This document shows positions 15,510 to 16,993 of a stretch of DNA of 16,993 nt, piece after piece (the stretch's first letter is position 1; each line of letters begins with the position of its first letter). A program made the translations under genes and the position numbers. The notes below the pieces were generated by a model that did no database searches, was not told where the DNA came from, and was given only the letters and a program-made list of their open reading frames with translations. Origin of the DNA: Deltaproteobacteria bacterium (GTDB taxonomy: Bacteria > Desulfobacterota > Binatia > UBA12015); the NCBI GenBank assembly GCA_046583355.1, contig JAYGCM010000022.1:1-16993 (forward strand). Direction: 5' to 3'.

Positions 15510-16391
15510 ATGAAAATCAGCCTGTGCATTCCCTACGCGAAGACCGACTACAATAGGCAGACCACGCTCGACTGGTGCCGCATGGCCGACGAGGGCCCGT
15601 TCCAGAGCCTTGGCTGCGGCGAGCGCATCGTCTCGCATACCCAGAATATGTGCGTCATGCTCTCGGCCGCATGCGCCCTGACCGAGCGCATTCGGATTGT
15701 GCCCTCGCTCTATATTCTGCCCATGCATTCCTCAGTCGAAGTCGCCAAAGAGCTCGCCACCATGGATGTGCTCTCGAACGGCCGAGTCACGGCGACGGTC
15801 GGCGTCGGCGGCCGCGAAGATGATTACCGCGCGGTTGGATCGTCATTCAAAAAACGCCTGCAACGACTCGACGATGGCGTCGCTTCCATGAAAAGCATCT
15901 GGGCCGGCGAGCCCCCCTTTGAGGGCACCGACCCCGTCGGCCCGCCACCAGTGCAGCAAGGCGGAATACCCATCTGGTCGGGCGCCATGAACCCCAAGGC
16001 GATTGCCCGCTCATCGAAATGGGCCGACGGCCTCTACGGCTTCACCATGAACGGCGACGTCGCCCCGGCAAAACAACAATTCAGCCTCGCCACCGAAGCC
16101 TGGAAAGAAAGCGGACGCGGCCGCCCCTACCTCGCCACCGGTTTCTGGCTCTGCCTGGCCGACAATGCCGAGAGCCACCTGCGCAAATATGTCTTCGACT
16201 ACCTGAAGATCATCGACAACAACGTGGCGCAGATGCTGGCCGACTCGATGTACACCTTCAACGAGGACGCCGTGCGCAAATGCCTCGACGACCTGGAAGA
16301 GGCCGGCACCGACGAATGCTTCCTCAATACCGCGACCTCGGAACTGGTCGAGATCGAGCGCATCGCCGATATCGTCGCGCGGCGCAGCTGA
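15510..16391 (+). CDS. LLM-class flavin/F420-dependent oxidoreductase
   Basis: TERIRIV, AKELATMDVLSNGR, GVGVGGREDDY, P.PVQ..GIPIW, WADG. SD GAGGAG. Confidence 0.88.
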   Translation: MKISLCIPYAKTDYNRQTTLDWCRMADEGPFQSLGCGERIVSHTQNMCVMLSAACALTERIRIVPSLYILPMHSSVEVAKELATMDVLSNGRVTATVGVGGREDDYRAVGSSFKKRLQRLDDGVASMKSIWAGEPPFEGTDPVGPPPVQQGGIPIWSGAMNPKAIARSSKWADGLYGFTMNGDVAPAKQQFSLATEAWKESGRGRPYLATGFWLCLADNAESHLRKYVFDYLKIIDNNVAQMLADSMYTFNEDAVRKCLDDLEEAGTDECFLNTATSELVEIERIADIVARRS

Positions 16392-16407
16392 GCCGCGCGA
16401 GCCCCCG

Positions 16408-16821
16408 CTAGTACGAATAGTCCTCGGACTCGACGACCGTCTTGCCGATCGGCGCCAGCGCCAACATAGCGATCTTGAAATGCTGGATACCGAAGGGAAT
16501 CCCGATGATCGTGAGACAAAGCAGCACGCCCGTAAAAACGTGCCCGATCGCCAACCAGACCCCGGCAAAGACGAACCAGAGAACATTGCCGATCAAGCCG
16601 AACTCGCTCGTCCCGATATCCTCGCGCCCGGTCAGAAGCTCCCGGTCCACCGCCTCACGCCCAAACGGCCAGATCGTGAACCAGGCCATCATCGCCGCGG
16701 CCTTGGCCCAGGGAATCCCGACAATACTGACCGCAAAAAGCAGCGCAGCCACCGCCCAGCCCAGCGCCATCTCGAAGCCACCAAAGATCACCCAGAGAAT
16801 ATTGCCCACAAATCGAAGCAT
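16408..16821 (-). CDS. yccF: YccF-domain inner membrane protein
   Basis: Two repeats of GN.LW...G...SIVGIPW / TIIGIPFG...P(F/I)G. Confidence 0.9.
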   Translation of the reverse strand: MLRFVGNILWVIFGGFEMALGWAVAALLFAVSIVGIPWAKAAAMMAWFTIWPFGREAVDRELLTGREDIGTSEFGLIGNVLWFVFAGVWLAIGHVFTGVLLCLTIIGIPFGIQHFKIAMLALAPIGKTVVESEDYSY

Positions 16822-16890
16822 TGGTCCGAGTCTACCCGGATCTCTCGCCCCCGTCGCCCCCTGAGGCTCGGCACACGCCGGCCCGGCTTC

Positions 16891-16919
16891 TTGTCAGAAT
16901 CTCACGCATTCGTTAGTGA
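16891..16919 (+). promoter_or_regulatory. Putative sigma-70 promoter for tRNA-Thr
   Basis: TTGTCA, 17 nt, TAGTGA, 13 nt before the tRNA. Confidence 0.5.
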
Positions 16920-16932
16920 ATCCTCACCTCAA

Positions 16933-16993
<61 letters not shown>

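Noticed and set aside
3904..15728. Long antisense or alternate-frame ORFs (e.g. 3904-5184, 4526-5635, 5301-6422, 11451-12701, 12569-14128, 14280-15728)
   Set aside because: Shadow ORFs expected in high-GC DNA opposite well-supported genes.

Overview
GC-rich bacterial chromosomal window with mostly housekeeping and metabolic genes; no intact mobile element, integrase or CRISPR array is visible. Left to right: a scar made of a DUF885-like 3' fragment joined back-to-back to a damaged nucleotidyltransferase gene; tRNA-Lys(CTT) and tRNA-His(GTG), each with a terminator; rdgB and rph; a sigma-54 enhancer-binding protein (bEBP) lacking a sensor domain, preceded by a 28-bp duplication of its RBS and start; a stand-alone receiver protein; a probable internally deleted PemK/MazF remnant; an F420-type (DDN-like) reductase; a small Cys/His exported protein; a TrmJ-family methylase; a beta-propeller lipoprotein; DoxX; DUF2333; a large secreted tandem-domain beta protein; ATP-type Pfk; a Baeyer-Villiger monooxygenase (BVMO); ManC; an LLM oxidoreductase; YccF; and the 5' part of tRNA-Thr(CGT). 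The most unusual patterns are: (1) a recurring TAnnnn -10 box 5-7 nt before SD-less start codons, suggesting pervasive leaderless transcription from promoters mostly lacking the -7T; (2) the duplicated start of the sensor-less bEBP, which creates an overlapping 13-codon uORF; (3) in-frame deletion scars in toxin-antitoxin-type genes. Gene content (F420-type enzymes, BVMO, Pro/Thr-rich exported proteins) is compatible with a Binatia/deltaproteobacteria-like organism, but that is inference only. Family assignments come from motif recognition by eye, not database searches.
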